Shown here piece after piece: positions 1 to 10,024 of a stretch of DNA of 64,000 nucleotides. Source of the DNA: a virus; the IMG/VR virus record IMGVR_UViG_3300021961_000040, positions 1-64,000 of that record, one strand, 5' to 3'. The translations under genes and the position numbers were made by a program. Every line of letters begins with the position of its first letter. Within the stretch, counting starts at the first letter, position 1. Under the pieces are notes generated by a model that saw only the letters and a program-made list of their open reading frames with translations, was not told the DNA's origin and did not search any database.

Positions 1-1
1 A

Positions 2-1192
2 TCTCAAACTGCAGGCCCGCACGCTTATAAGTTTGTTTTACCTGCAGATTATGAGGAAAATACTGATAATGACAAAGCAGGGCTTGGAACATTTAACAAT
101 TCAAAAATTGTCCATGAAACTTTGGGTAGACTTCAGATTGTTCCACCCTATTTTTCTCAAGATGCGCCCAATCCTTATATCGTAAAGATCTACAAAGATG
201 ATGGAAACGGTGGAGTTGGTAGTGAAATACCTTTGCTTGATAATATTGACTGGAACGTAGACTATTATAATGGAATGCTCTTTGTCCAAGACTATAACCC
301 TTCAAAGATACCTTCTTTTGCTAGAGCCTTTGCTTATGTTGGCAAAATGGCCGGGGATGTTGTTAGCTCTGGCGGCGCCGGAGGATCTCTATCTGCAACT
401 GATGAAGTTGTTTTAACAGCAAACTCTCCAAACGTACCCGGAGGAAAATTACTTGTAGCGGGTGCAGGTGTAGAAATACAAAAGACATCAAACACAGTTG
501 TGGTGTCTGCTCCTGCTTTTGAAAGCTCAAGAAAAAAATTAACTTTTTTTATGACAGGTTCGATATTAGCAGGAACACCTGTAAGAGTTATTTCATCTTC
601 TTTTAATGAAGTAGGATATGATGATGAAAGAATAGACATTGTTTATAATGGACAGCTTTTACATACCGGATCTTTGACTCAGGTGACAAACGCTGAAAGA
701 GACTATTTCATTAGTGGATCTGATCATTTAGTCTTTTCTTTTCAGGTTTTTGCAGATGATATTATTGATACAATTATTAATAAACAGCAATATTCGACTT
801 TTTTAAATGCAGCTGATATTAACGGTCAGTATGTTGTTCTTTCTGCAACAGGTTCTTTGCCTCATCATAGAGTTTTGACAGGATCTAACGGAATAAAAAT
901 AATAGACTCAGGATCAAGTCAAAATGTCGTAATAAGTTTAACAAAAGAAACTGTTTTTAACGAAGTCTTAAACGGGACTGTTGATGGAATAAATACACAG
1001 TTTTCTTTAAAAAATACGCCTTTTAGTACAGGCAGTGTATCTATATTTGTCAATGGTCAATTGCAGACTCCTGATTATCTTGGTTTAGATTTTTATGACT
1101 ATTGGGTGTCAGGCAGCAATATTTTCTTTCATTCTTCATCTATTCCTGAAGAACGAAGCGTACTTTTGTCTATTTACGAAAAAATAATTTAA
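2..1192 (+). CDS. Virion structural (tail/baseplate-type) protein, 5'-partial
   Basis: Frame open from position 2; TGS/SGS-rich with repeated IxVxxNGQL beta modules typical of large-phage tail proteins. Confidence 0.6.
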   Translation, partial: SQTAGPHAYKFVLPADYEENTDNDKAGLGTFNNSKIVHETLGRLQIVPPYFSQDAPNPYIVKIYKDDGNGGVGSEIPLLDNIDWNVDYYNGMLFVQDYNPSKIPSFARAFAYVGKMAGDVVSSGGAGGSLSATDEVVLTANSPNVPGGKLLVAGAGVEIQKTSNTVVVSAPAFESSRKKLTFFMTGSILAGTPVRVISSSFNEVGYDDERIDIVYNGQLLHTGSLTQVTNAERDYFISGSDHLVFSFQVFADDIIDTIINKQQYSTFLNAADINGQYVVLSATGSLPHHRVLTGSNGIKIIDSGSSQNVVISLTKETVFNEVLNGTVDGINTQFSLKNTPFSTGSVSIFVNGQLQTPDYLGLDFYDYWVSGSNIFFHSSSIPEERSVLLSIYEKII

Positions 1193-1288
1193 TTCTAGAT
1201 TTAACGATTCTTTCTCGATATTTAGTACGTGTAAGTACGTTCGTGTTAAAGTTTTAGTTAATGCAACAAAAACTCTAAGGATCAATAT

Positions 1289-1513
1289 ATGGACAATGTT
1301 TTTAAAACGTCAGATTTGGCGATTGCAGCTTTTTTAATGATGAAAGGTAAAAAGCTTGTAGATGCAAAAGTAGAAAAAGGAGGCAAGTTTAGTTTTGTAT
1401 TTGAAGATACAGAAAATAACTGTTTTAGATACGTTATTGAATTTGCAAACAGTGAAGCAGCAAAATTTGATTCGCACATAAAAAATTTAAAAAATATTTT
1501 GTTTAAATCTTGA
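1289..1513 (+). CDS. Small protein, DUF5659-like
   Basis: TSDLAIAAFL motif; AAGGA RBS. Confidence 0.5.
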   Translation: MDNVFKTSDLAIAAFLMMKGKKLVDAKVEKGGKFSFVFEDTENNCFRYVIEFANSEAAKFDSHIKNLKNILFKS

Positions 1514-1615
1514 AAAAACGATTTGAAAGGCATATTTAATTTTGAGTTAAGTTTATGTCCTTTGTTAAGTTAGCGTAGAAGTCTAAAGCCAATTAATTAA
1601 ACAAAGGAGTATATT

Positions 1616-3340
1616 ATGGCTCGTACACAAATGAGATTAGACGCCCTTACTGGGTCTCTATCTTCAGCAGAAAATCACGTTGCATCACTTGATGCAGAAT
1701 CACTTCAGGATGTAATGGATCACCTTGCATCCGGTATTAAGCGTCTCCACGGTGGATCCGCTTACCACTCGCAGGAAGCTGGTCTGTTTTCACAAGATAT
1801 TCATATGGCAAACGGTCTCCAGGTAGATCAAGGTGCCATTGTTTCTGTTCACCTTCACGGCTCAGGAACATTTACAGCTGAGGGCGCTGCTGACTTAAGA
1901 AGCACTCTCAACGTAGATGGCGAAGCAACACTTGCTTCTGCTATTATTTCTGACATATCTGCAAAGCACGTTATGTTTGCCGGAACTGGTGGTGCCGTTG
2001 AAGGTTCTGCCGACCTTAAGTGGGACGGTCTCAAAGTTCTAGTCGGCGGAGGCTTCGGCTCAACCGGTATGAATCTCGGTGCAGACGGTACACTTGCAAT
2101 GGACGGTGCTCTTCAGGTAGAAGGTGCTGCTGATCTTAACAGCTCACTTGATGTTGCTGGCGCTGTTGCACTCGGTGCAGCTGGTGGTTCAGCTGACACT
2201 CAAATTCGCGGTGATTTGTCAGTTGCAGAAGATGCCACCATTACTGGTGACCTTACTGTTACTGGAGACTTCAGAGTTAATGGTTCATTAACTTATGTTA
2301 ACACCACTAACCTTCTTGTTTCTGATGCAAAAATCGTCATCTCCTCAGGTTCTCTTGTTGATGGTGCCGGTATTTATCTTGGCGACGAAGATGCTGGTGA
2401 AAACATCCGTTGGAATGCTGCTGACACCAAGTGGATTGCTTCAGACAAACTTGCTGCTGATACACTTCAAGCACTTGACCTTAGCGAAGCTATTGTCTGG
2501 GCTGATGCTAGCGGTAACCTTGTTGAAATCTCTGCTGCTCAATTCGGTGGATACCTTAGCGCTGGCGCCGGTATCGATTCAGTTGCTAATGGTCAGATTG
2601 ATGCCACACCTTACGTTGCTGGTACTGGTGTCACAATCAGCGCTTTCACTGCTTCAATTGGCCAGCCTGTCGGTACAACTGACAACGTTACCTTTGCTGA
2701 TATCTCTGCTGACAGTGTTAAGCTTGCTGATTTCAGCGCCGATGCCGGCAAGGCTTACAAGGTCGGTGCTGACGGAGCTGTTGTACCAGCAGCTTGGGAT
2801 GAGTTTGTTTCAATCGAAGCTGACGTCGGTCTCGAACTCACCCAAGATGGTTTCAAGGCTCATCTTGATCTAGCTCAGGATATAAGATCTTCAGCAACAG
2901 TTCAATTTGATAGACTACAGCTCGACGGTGCAGATAACTATGTTGATTCTGATGCTGGCGGTCTCGTACTTCACGCTTCTCTCGCCGGTGATTCAATTAA
3001 GTTTGAATACGATAACGGAAAGAGCATCAGCTTGGGTACAGACGACCTCGTAGGTTTCACAGCAACAGACATCATGGGCGCGCTCAACGAGCTCAAGAGC
3101 ACAGCTACAACCTTCGCCAAGTACGTCTTCGAGCCGGGTGCACAGTCCAGCGGTACACCAATTCAGGTCAACGCAAGCTTCGATCATAGCATCGCCAGCG
3201 CTGATTCTAGAATTGACGTATTCGTCAATGGTCAGTTGCTTAGAAAGACTGCCGACTATGCTTACGATGGTGACAATGACAAGTTGGTTTTCCAGTTTGA
3301 CATCGAAGTTGACGACGTTCTTTCAGTCATCGTTCGCTAA
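1616..3340 (+). CDS. Virion structural / tail fibre-like protein
   Basis: Gly/Ala/Asp-rich beta repeats, GDLTVTG motif, C-terminal IDVFVNGQLL module; strong AGGAG RBS; higher GC than neighbours. Confidence 0.65.
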   Translation: MARTQMRLDALTGSLSSAENHVASLDAESLQDVMDHLASGIKRLHGGSAYHSQEAGLFSQDIHMANGLQVDQGAIVSVHLHGSGTFTAEGAADLRSTLNVDGEATLASAIISDISAKHVMFAGTGGAVEGSADLKWDGLKVLVGGGFGSTGMNLGADGTLAMDGALQVEGAADLNSSLDVAGAVALGAAGGSADTQIRGDLSVAEDATITGDLTVTGDFRVNGSLTYVNTTNLLVSDAKIVISSGSLVDGAGIYLGDEDAGENIRWNAADTKWIASDKLAADTLQALDLSEAIVWADASGNLVEISAAQFGGYLSAGAGIDSVANGQIDATPYVAGTGVTISAFTASIGQPVGTTDNVTFADISADSVKLADFSADAGKAYKVGADGAVVPAAWDEFVSIEADVGLELTQDGFKAHLDLAQDIRSSATVQFDRLQLDGADNYVDSDAGGLVLHASLAGDSIKFEYDNGKSISLGTDDLVGFTATDIMGALNELKSTATTFAKYVFEPGAQSSGTPIQVNASFDHSIASADSRIDVFVNGQLLRKTADYAYDGDNDKLVFQFDIEVDDVLSVIVR

Positions 3341-3361
3341 TAGATTAATTTAATTTAATCT

Positions 3362-3399
3362 TGCCCCTCGTGAAGCAATTCACGAGGGGCATTTGTTTT
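3362..3399 (+). terminator. Rho-independent terminator
   Basis: TGCCCCTCGTGAA-gcaa-TTCACGAGGGGCA 13-bp stem followed by TTTGTTTT. Confidence 0.85.
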
Positions 3400-3446
3400 A
3401 TAAGAGCAATTTCAAAGATATAATTAAATTAAAATAGGAGGTTGAC

Positions 3447-3776
3447 ATGTCTTTAGAACAAAAGTATAAAGATTATTTTAAATTAAAAACGCAAGAAGAG
3501 TTATACGAACTTATTGCAAGGCTCAAAATGTTTATTGATTTATCTTTGCAAGAGTCAGCCGCTGGCAATACTGATGATAGACTAAAAAGCATGCATGCTA
3601 CAATTTTAAAACTTCGTGACTCTTTGGTTTACGAGCTAAGCATCAATAATCATAGCAAAAATTTATTAAAAATGGAAGAAGATCTTAAGCGATTTAAAGA
3701 GCTCAATGCAGCATCGCTAGAATCAAATTCTAAAAAAAACTTAGATCTAGAACAAGAGCAGGAGAAAGACCAATAA
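3447..3776 (+). CDS. Hypothetical protein
   Basis: ORF with AGGAGG RBS. Confidence 0.6.
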   Translation: MSLEQKYKDYFKLKTQEELYELIARLKMFIDLSLQESAAGNTDDRLKSMHATILKLRDSLVYELSINNHSKNLLKMEEDLKRFKELNAASLESNSKKNLDLEQEQEKDQ

Positions 3777-3800
3777 ATGTCATAAGGTCTCGCAAGTATC

Positions 3801-4217
3801 ATGAAAATTAATCAAAATGTAAATTTTGGATCTTCTCTCTCAGGAATCTCTGGCTCAATAAGATATCAACTTTTTGACACCAAAGGAGTTGCATATACAA
3901 CAGCATCGAACACTGGAGTTTACGAAGTAGGATCAAGTACGGGCTGTTACGGAGTAGAGTTTGACCTAAGTCACCAATTTAGCGGGTCTATCGTATGGAC
4001 TTCTACAGAGCACCCGGGTGTCAGCGCAATAGAAACTGTTACACTAGACCAGAAAATGGTTAGGCATATGACTGTCGGAAGATGGAAAATCATGGCTGAT
4101 ACAAAAGAAATGGTTTTTTACGAAGAAGACGGTGTAACTGAACTGGCTCGTTATTCTCTTCTCGATAGAAACGAAAGCCCGTCCTTTACAGAAGTTTTTG
4201 AACGCGTGAGAGGATAA
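3801..4217 (+). CDS. Hypothetical protein, possibly structural
   Basis: ORF in structural operon; beta-rich. Confidence 0.55.
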   Translation: MKINQNVNFGSSLSGISGSIRYQLFDTKGVAYTTASNTGVYEVGSSTGCYGVEFDLSHQFSGSIVWTSTEHPGVSAIETVTLDQKMVRHMTVGRWKIMADTKEMVFYEEDGVTELARYSLLDRNESPSFTEVFERVRG

Positions 4218-4218
4218 G

Positions 4219-4671
4219 TTGGCTGGCTTTGGAGTTGGTTCTCCTGTTCCTTTAATTATGCTTGGAATGGGCCCTAGCCCAAGACTTGTTACGGGTGGAT
4301 TTACCCCTTTAATTGTAAAAGCTGCTAGAGTATTACGCGGCGGCCGAGCTGCGTATAAAAAGCTGATAAGTGAATACGAAGAAAGATTTAAAATATCAGC
4401 AATGATTATGACTAACAACGGCAGAGAAATACTAAATCCCATATCTAATAAATTGAGTAGAATATTCTTAGAGAACAACATAAATATTAAGAAGTCCTAT
4501 GCAAAAGAACTAATTTGGAAGAGAACAAAGCGCCCAGCAGTTGAAGTTAAAAATGTTTACGTCGAACATAAAAAAACAGAAAACTTTAAAGTGACTGCCT
4601 CACACAAAAATGTTGAAGTAAAAAAGGATCTCAAAATAACTGCAAAGAGGAAAATAAATGTCAAAGATTAA
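4219..4671 (+). CDS. Hypothetical basic protein
   Basis: Tightly packed ORF, GAGG RBS. Confidence 0.5.
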   Translation: MAGFGVGSPVPLIMLGMGPSPRLVTGGFTPLIVKAARVLRGGRAAYKKLISEYEERFKISAMIMTNNGREILNPISNKLSRIFLENNINIKKSYAKELIWKRTKRPAVEVKNVYVEHKKTENFKVTASHKNVEVKKDLKITAKRKINVKD

Positions 4672-5161
4672 TCTTTTACTTGACGAAGAAAATGAAATTA
4701 CATTCGCACTTACAGTCGAAGGAACAACAAACTCACCTGCGAAGTGCAGACTTTTAGTTGAGAAAGATGATATGACTCTAATGTTCGAACCAAACTATTT
4801 CCAGAACGATGAAGTATCTGTCACAATTCCAGCACTTAAACACATTTTTAAAGAAGGAGAATGTGACCTTAATCTAGAAGTAATTGTAGAAGATAAATAT
4901 TTTAGACCTCTTTCAATGAAAGCTTACTTAGAAAAAAGTGTTGAAGTCATTGCCGAGTCAAAAGTTGTAGCAAAACCAAGAGTACAGGCTGCAGCTTCTG
5001 TTTCACAAGTCAAAGTAAATAGTAAAAAGAAACAGATACAGAAAAATATAAAAAATGAATCAATTTCACCAGTAAAAGCAGAGCCTCCGCCGAACTCACA
5101 AAAATTGTCAGATAAACAAATTATGGAGTTGATTAATTCACTTGCAAGAGGTAATCAATGA
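4658..5161 (+). CDS. Hypothetical protein
   Basis: ORF with GAGG RBS. Confidence 0.6.
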   Translation: MSKINLLLDEENEITFALTVEGTTNSPAKCRLLVEKDDMTLMFEPNYFQNDEVSVTIPALKHIFKEGECDLNLEVIVEDKYFRPLSMKAYLEKSVEVIAESKVVAKPRVQAAASVSQVKVNSKKKQIQKNIKNESISPVKAEPPPNSQKLSDKQIMELINSLARGNQ

Positions 5162-5424
5162 ATCAAATTATTGAAATCTTATTTTTAAACAAATATAATA
5201 TTTTTATATTTGTAATGCAATACATTTCTTTAAGCTTAATTTTCTGGAGCATGCAAGCAAGTTTAAAAAAGAATACAGCAGAAATAATCAAGGCCATGTC
5301 GTCTCCAAGAAGAAAAAATAAGTTAAAGGAGGATCAAGATAATCCTTTGAAGACAATTTTTCTTTCTTTAGCATGGCCTGTTTTTGTTGCAAAGAATCTC
5401 AAAAATGAGCTCACAAAAAAGTAG
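5158..5424 (+). CDS. Hypothetical membrane protein
   Basis: Hydrophobic segments; ATGA overlap. Confidence 0.5.
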   Translation: MNQIIEILFLNKYNIFIFVMQYISLSLIFWSMQASLKKNTAEIIKAMSSPRRKNKLKEDQDNPLKTIFLSLAWPVFVAKNLKNELTKK

Positions 5425-6139
5425 CAAAATAATTCTTATCGAGTTTAAGTTTCTTACAGAAGAAAAAGAAGATGTCGAAGAGCTTTGCAAAAAAGGTTTA
5501 GTAGATCTTGGCTACTGTTTGAACGAGCTTAAAGGAAAACTTTCAAAAAAAATAGATGGGCAAGTTGAAAAATTTGAAGAACAATTTTTTAATAAACCTC
5601 CAAGTATAGAAGAAGCAGCAGAAAAAGCAAAAGCTGAAGCTTTAAAAGAAGATATTGAAGAAGAAACGGTATCCGCTGCTAAAAAAGAAAAATGGGCAAA
5701 GAAGTTATATAGAGAAATTGTTTTATTGACGCATCCAGATAAAACGTCAGCAATCCCAATACCTCAGATTGCTACAAAGCTTTTAAAATTTTATAACATT
5801 GCTGTAGACGCATACGCATCAGACGACTTTTCAGAGTTATTATATGTAGCAAATGAATTGGATTTAGAAGTACCAGATGACAAGGTTCAAGAGCATGTTG
5901 GACCTAAAGTAAAAATTCTAAGCGAAGAAATAGGAAAAAAGAAGGCAACTTTCCCATATCAGTGGGAAACAATGCCAGAAGATAAGCGCGGAACTATTTT
6001 AGAAAATTATCTTAAGTCAATTGGATACATCTTTGACAAAGAAGTAATTGAAGAAGTAGTTGAAAAAGTAAAAAGAATTAAGCGCAAACCTGGCACAAGG
6101 CCTGTAAATTATATAAGGAAAAGGATAAAATCACAATAA
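5405..6139 (+). CDS. J-domain-like (DnaJ-type) protein
   Basis: KKLYREIVLLTHPDK = J-domain helix II-HPD motif. Confidence 0.6.
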   Translation: MSSQKSSKIILIEFKFLTEEKEDVEELCKKGLVDLGYCLNELKGKLSKKIDGQVEKFEEQFFNKPPSIEEAAEKAKAEALKEDIEEETVSAAKKEKWAKKLYREIVLLTHPDKTSAIPIPQIATKLLKFYNIAVDAYASDDFSELLYVANELDLEVPDDKVQEHVGPKVKILSEEIGKKKATFPYQWETMPEDKRGTILENYLKSIGYIFDKEVIEEVVEKVKRIKRKPGTRPVNYIRKRIKSQ

Positions 6140-6171
6140 GATAAATTTTAAAGTCTTAAAGTGAGGTTACA

Positions 6172-6999
6172 TTGCCAGAAGGTCCTGAGTGCGCAGCAAC
6201 TGCAAGATCAATTGATGAGTTTATGCGTGGTAAAAAAGTCTATAACGTAGAGATTCTTTCTGGAAGATACACTAAAAAAACGCCACCCGGATTTGAGAAA
6301 TTTAAGTCAATGATGCCGATTCATTGTACTGGCTGGTCAACTAAAGGAAAGTTTATCTACGGAATGTTTGGAGAACGAGTAGGTAAGCACTGTTTTATTT
6401 GGAACACACTGGGCATGACAGGGTATTGGTCTTTTAACCCACAAAAACATTCGCGTGTTCGTTTTGATTTTGAAGACGGTTCTTCTATTTGGTATACAGA
6501 CACTAGAAACTTTGGAACACTTACGTTTGCAATGACCTTTGAAGAAACTGAGAAAAAATTACTTGAACTTGGACCTGATCCGCTAACGCATGATATTCCA
6601 ATCGATCAATTCAGAACTCGGCTTTTTAAGAAAAACAAGAAAGGCGAAAAAACAATATGTGAAGCACTAATGAACCAGAAAACTATCGCCGGCGTAGGAA
6701 ACTACATTAAGGCAGAAGTTCTTTGGCTTTCTAAGGTATCACCTTTGCGAACAGTAAACTCTTTGACAGAAAAAGAGATAACTGACATCAGAGACAACAT
6801 TCAGTCTGTGATTAGGACATCATATCAAAATGGCGGTGCAACTATTAAAAGCTTTTACGGCGCTGATGGTTCAAAAGGTACATATTCTAGTAGATTTTTA
6901 GTGTACAATCAAAAGGTTGACCCTTATAATAATAATGTGATAAAAACTGCAACACCTGATGGCAGAACAACTCATTGGGTACCAGAAGTTCAAAAATAG
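6172..6999 (+). CDS. mutM: Formamidopyrimidine-DNA glycosylase (Fpg/Nei family, zincless finger)
   Basis: N-terminal PEGPE, KGK, LGMTG, DTRNFG, H2TH AGVGNYIKAE, C-terminal GRTTHW. Confidence 0.9.
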   Translation: MPEGPECAATARSIDEFMRGKKVYNVEILSGRYTKKTPPGFEKFKSMMPIHCTGWSTKGKFIYGMFGERVGKHCFIWNTLGMTGYWSFNPQKHSRVRFDFEDGSSIWYTDTRNFGTLTFAMTFEETEKKLLELGPDPLTHDIPIDQFRTRLFKKNKKGEKTICEALMNQKTIAGVGNYIKAEVLWLSKVSPLRTVNSLTEKEITDIRDNIQSVIRTSYQNGGATIKSFYGADGSKGTYSSRFLVYNQKVDPYNNNVIKTATPDGRTTHWVPEVQK

Positions 7000-7008
7000 G
7001 AGAAAAAC

Positions 7009-7227
7009 ATGACACTTAGCGATACAGTAATTGGACACATAGCACAGCTTGTGCAGATAGCAATTTTGACAGGAACAGACGTTGTTGACAATATGAGAAT
7101 GATAAGACTAGTAGACAACGAAGGCACACTTGAGCTAGATGAAGACTACGCGCAGCAAGCCAGCGATAATGTTCAGAGAATGCTACAAGAAGCAGCTAGC
7201 ATACAGTCACAGGGCACAGAGCTCTAA
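7009..7227 (+). CDS. Hypothetical protein
   Basis: AGGAG RBS. Confidence 0.6.
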   Translation: MTLSDTVIGHIAQLVQIAILTGTDVVDNMRMIRLVDNEGTLELDEDYAQQASDNVQRMLQEAASIQSQGTEL

Positions 7228-7228
7228 T

Positions 7229-7609
7229 ATGAGTTGCAATCTCACAAAAATGTTTCTGCTTAGACAGCAGTTTATAGATGAAATGAAAGAATATCATTCT
7301 GGTTCTTACCCAGAAAGACTTCCTCTTGATCTTCGTCAAAAAGAATCCCAGCAATTTTGTAGAGATCTAGCCCTGAGAGGCGTCGAAGAAATGTTTGAAG
7401 CACTTCAGCACCTTAAAAACTGGAAGCCTCACAGAATGACAGAGTTTAATGAGGCTCCTGATAGAGAAGAGTTTCTTGAAGAAATAGTAGATGCCTTAAA
7501 TTATTTCTTCTCTCTTCTGATTGTATCAGGATTTAATGATAAAGACTTGAGCGAAGCTTATGAAAAGAAACATGAAGTTATCATGAATAGACTAAAGGAA
7601 GGTTATTAG
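7229..7609 (+). CDS. All-alpha NTP pyrophosphatase (dimeric dUTPase/MazG-like)
   Basis: EEMFE...WKPH...EEIVDALNY acidic motifs; ATG 7229 preferred over 7139. Confidence 0.75.
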   Translation: MSCNLTKMFLLRQQFIDEMKEYHSGSYPERLPLDLRQKESQQFCRDLALRGVEEMFEALQHLKNWKPHRMTEFNEAPDREEFLEEIVDALNYFFSLLIVSGFNDKDLSEAYEKKHEVIMNRLKEGY

Positions 7610-8523
7610 TGAATTTTGTCAAAATGATAAAGTCACAAGCTGATTATAATAATAAAAAGTTTGGTGACTCATTATCCGAAGAAGAAAAACGTAATATCAG
7701 TAGAGACTTGGCACTCAACTCATATAATTCTATTAATAAAATGATCGAAAAAATGAGAGCTACAAATGACGTGCCTCACGAAGATGATCTAGTGTATTCT
7801 TCTATTGACGTATTAAGATATGTCATGTCTATACTTAATCTTTGGAATGTAAACCCACAGGATGTCGCAACAGCCTTTCTAGAAAAAGATATTTTTCTTG
7901 ATGTCGATCATAAAATTAATACAAAAAAATGGGAAGGCCAACCTGTTATTATTGTAGATATCGATGATGTTCTTGTAGAATTCAGATCTACTTTTGCTAA
8001 TTTCTTAAAAGAAACATATTCATTAGATGCTGATATTGAAAGTGAGCAATACTTTTTTGTCAATGAAATTCTAGAAAATGGAAATCTTAATCCAGAAAAA
8101 GTATTTGACTCTTTTGTTAATACAAGAAGTTTTAGAACGCTTCCGCTTGTCGAAGATGCTGACGTGTATCTCAAAGAAATGAAGTCAAAAGGATACTGGA
8201 TTCAGCTTTTGACAGCTCGTCCAAAAGAAGAATTAAAAATCTTTTATGACACTTATTACTGGTTGGGATTAAGCAATATTCCTTTTGATAGAGTTGATTT
8301 TTCACCTGAAAAATTAAGATGGTGCATGAATTCAGAGTACTACGACTCAGGGGCTATTGCTTTTGCAATTGATGATTCTCCTAAACATGCTATGGAATAC
8401 GCAGGGCATGGTATAAGTGTAAAAGTACCATTAAAGAGTTATAATAAGAGTATTGAAAGCGAAAATATCACTTTCTACAATAACTTTAACGAACTACTAA
8501 GTGAGGAAAATAATGCCAGTTAA
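7609..8523 (+). CDS. Degenerate MazG-like domain fused to HAD 5'(3')-deoxyribonucleotidase-like domain
   Basis: VDIDDVL, LTAR, K and IDDSP HAD motifs. Confidence 0.7.
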   Translation: MNFVKMIKSQADYNNKKFGDSLSEEEKRNISRDLALNSYNSINKMIEKMRATNDVPHEDDLVYSSIDVLRYVMSILNLWNVNPQDVATAFLEKDIFLDVDHKINTKKWEGQPVIIVDIDDVLVEFRSTFANFLKETYSLDADIESEQYFFVNEILENGNLNPEKVFDSFVNTRSFRTLPLVEDADVYLKEMKSKGYWIQLLTARPKEELKIFYDTYYWLGLSNIPFDRVDFSPEKLRWCMNSEYYDSGAIAFAIDDSPKHAMEYAGHGISVKVPLKSYNKSIESENITFYNNFNELLSEENNAS

Positions 8524-9496
8524 TAAAAATCTAGTACCTGTTAATCTTCCAATGGAACTAAAATTTGGTCAAGCACCAAAGACAACTTTTGCAAATAACT
8601 TGCATGCACTTAATGTTGAACTAGTGGACCACCCAACACGATCACAAGCTCTTAATGTTGCATGGCAGTATGTAAAGGCAACTTGGGCTGATCATCATGA
8701 TGAGACTAATCCATCAACAACTTCAATGCGAGAACTTTCACAGAATCTTGAGGATGTTCTAAATTTTAGAGCACTTCCAACTCCAATGGAGTGTCTTGGT
8801 TTCACATTTAAGCTAAGCGGACTTTCTTTTCAGGAAGTAACACATATCATACGCCACCGCGCTGGTTCTTTTGCTGCACAGTGTACCGGAGATCGTGATC
8901 TTCGCAATGATGATGCTGTTATTCCAGAAGCTGTAGAAAACTCACCTGAGTTTCTTGAGCGTTACATGCAAATTGTACGTGATTCAAAGCAGCTCTATGC
9001 TGATATGACTGACTCAAAAGACGTATCAATGATGGATGCACGCATGATTCTTCCAAAATGCTTAACTTCTTTTTATCTTATGCGTATGAATCTTAAGGAT
9101 TTACTTGGGTTTATTCGTCAGCGACAAGACCGACAGATTCAGCCAGCTGCTGATAATATTCTTGCAGCTTACATGGCACGTGAACTAATTCGTGTTTTGC
9201 CAGAAGCTTCTACTGCTATTGACTTTAATAAACCTGACATGCATTATGTCAAGACATTCCGAGTTCAGGTAGGTGATGAGCTTACTTCACGAGGCACAAA
9301 CCTTTACTGGCCCGAACCTAAGAATGATATCTTTGAGTTTCATCCAGATGACACAATTTACCAGGCACGTCGTGAAGAAATTAACGGCACAAACAACCCT
9401 GGTACGACTACTGTTTTTGAACAACTTTGGAATTCATCAATGGAAGAAATTGATGAGATGCGCAACAACTACAATACCTTTATGGGGAGAAACTGA
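8513..9496 (+). CDS. thyX: Flavin-dependent thymidylate synthase-like protein (divergent, Ser-to-Cys in RHRx7S motif)
   Basis: RHRAGSFAAQC, DARMILP, NLKDLLGF..QR. Confidence 0.7.
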   Translation: MPVNKNLVPVNLPMELKFGQAPKTTFANNLHALNVELVDHPTRSQALNVAWQYVKATWADHHDETNPSTTSMRELSQNLEDVLNFRALPTPMECLGFTFKLSGLSFQEVTHIIRHRAGSFAAQCTGDRDLRNDDAVIPEAVENSPEFLERYMQIVRDSKQLYADMTDSKDVSMMDARMILPKCLTSFYLMRMNLKDLLGFIRQRQDRQIQPAADNILAAYMARELIRVLPEASTAIDFNKPDMHYVKTFRVQVGDELTSRGTNLYWPEPKNDIFEFHPDDTIYQARREEINGTNNPGTTTVFEQLWNSSMEEIDEMRNNYNTFMGRN

Positions 9497-9948
9497 TGAC
9501 TATGAATAGATGTTACATTGCAAGCGGCTGGTTTTCACCTGAGTGGCTTGAAGAACTTGAAAATATTAAAACTACACTAGATTCTCTTAATCTTGGTTAC
9601 TTTTCACCAAAAGACGAAAATCTTTGTTCACCTGATTCTACTGTCAATTTTCAAGATGAAGTCTTTAATGGAAATATTCGAGGTATGGAAGAATGTGACT
9701 GGATGCTCTGCAACACACGAAACAAGGATATGGGAAGCATCTTTGAAGCAGGTTATTTCCACAAGCTAGGAAAGCCTATTGTCTACTTCTGTGCAGGATT
9801 GCCTCCAGGTGCACAGTTTAATCTAATGCTTGCTGCAAGCGGCGAAGCTGTATGTACATCGCTAGAAGATTTACAAGTATATCTTCAGCGTTGCATTGAT
9901 GAAGGAAACACAATTCTTGAAAGACGTTATCAAGGTAAAATAGAATAA
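9496..9948 (+). CDS. Nucleoside 2-deoxyribosyltransferase / nucleotide N-hydrolase family
   Basis: YIASGWFS, FSP, DMGSIFEAGY, FNLML. Confidence 0.8.
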   Translation: MTMNRCYIASGWFSPEWLEELENIKTTLDSLNLGYFSPKDENLCSPDSTVNFQDEVFNGNIRGMEECDWMLCNTRNKDMGSIFEAGYFHKLGKPIVYFCAGLPPGAQFNLMLAASGEAVCTSLEDLQVYLQRCIDEGNTILERRYQGKIE

Positions 9949-9974
9949 CTTAAAACTAAGTTATGAAATAACTT

Positions 9975-10010
9975 TCTCCTCAAGATAATTATCTTGAGGA
10001 GATTTTTATT
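9975..10010 (+). terminator. Terminator-like palindrome with embedded ATAATTA promoter-like motif
   Basis: TCTCCTCAAGATAA|TTATCTTGAGGAGA perfect palindrome followed by T-tract. Confidence 0.7.
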
Positions 10011-10024
10011 TAGGAGAGTCTTTT

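Noticed and set aside
2295-2873. 192-aa alternate-frame ORF and other nested or antisense ORFs (e.g. 26946-27248, 32896-33258, 52101-52589)
   Set aside because: Shadows of biased codon usage in real genes; low-complexity Leu/Ser-rich translations with no RBS.
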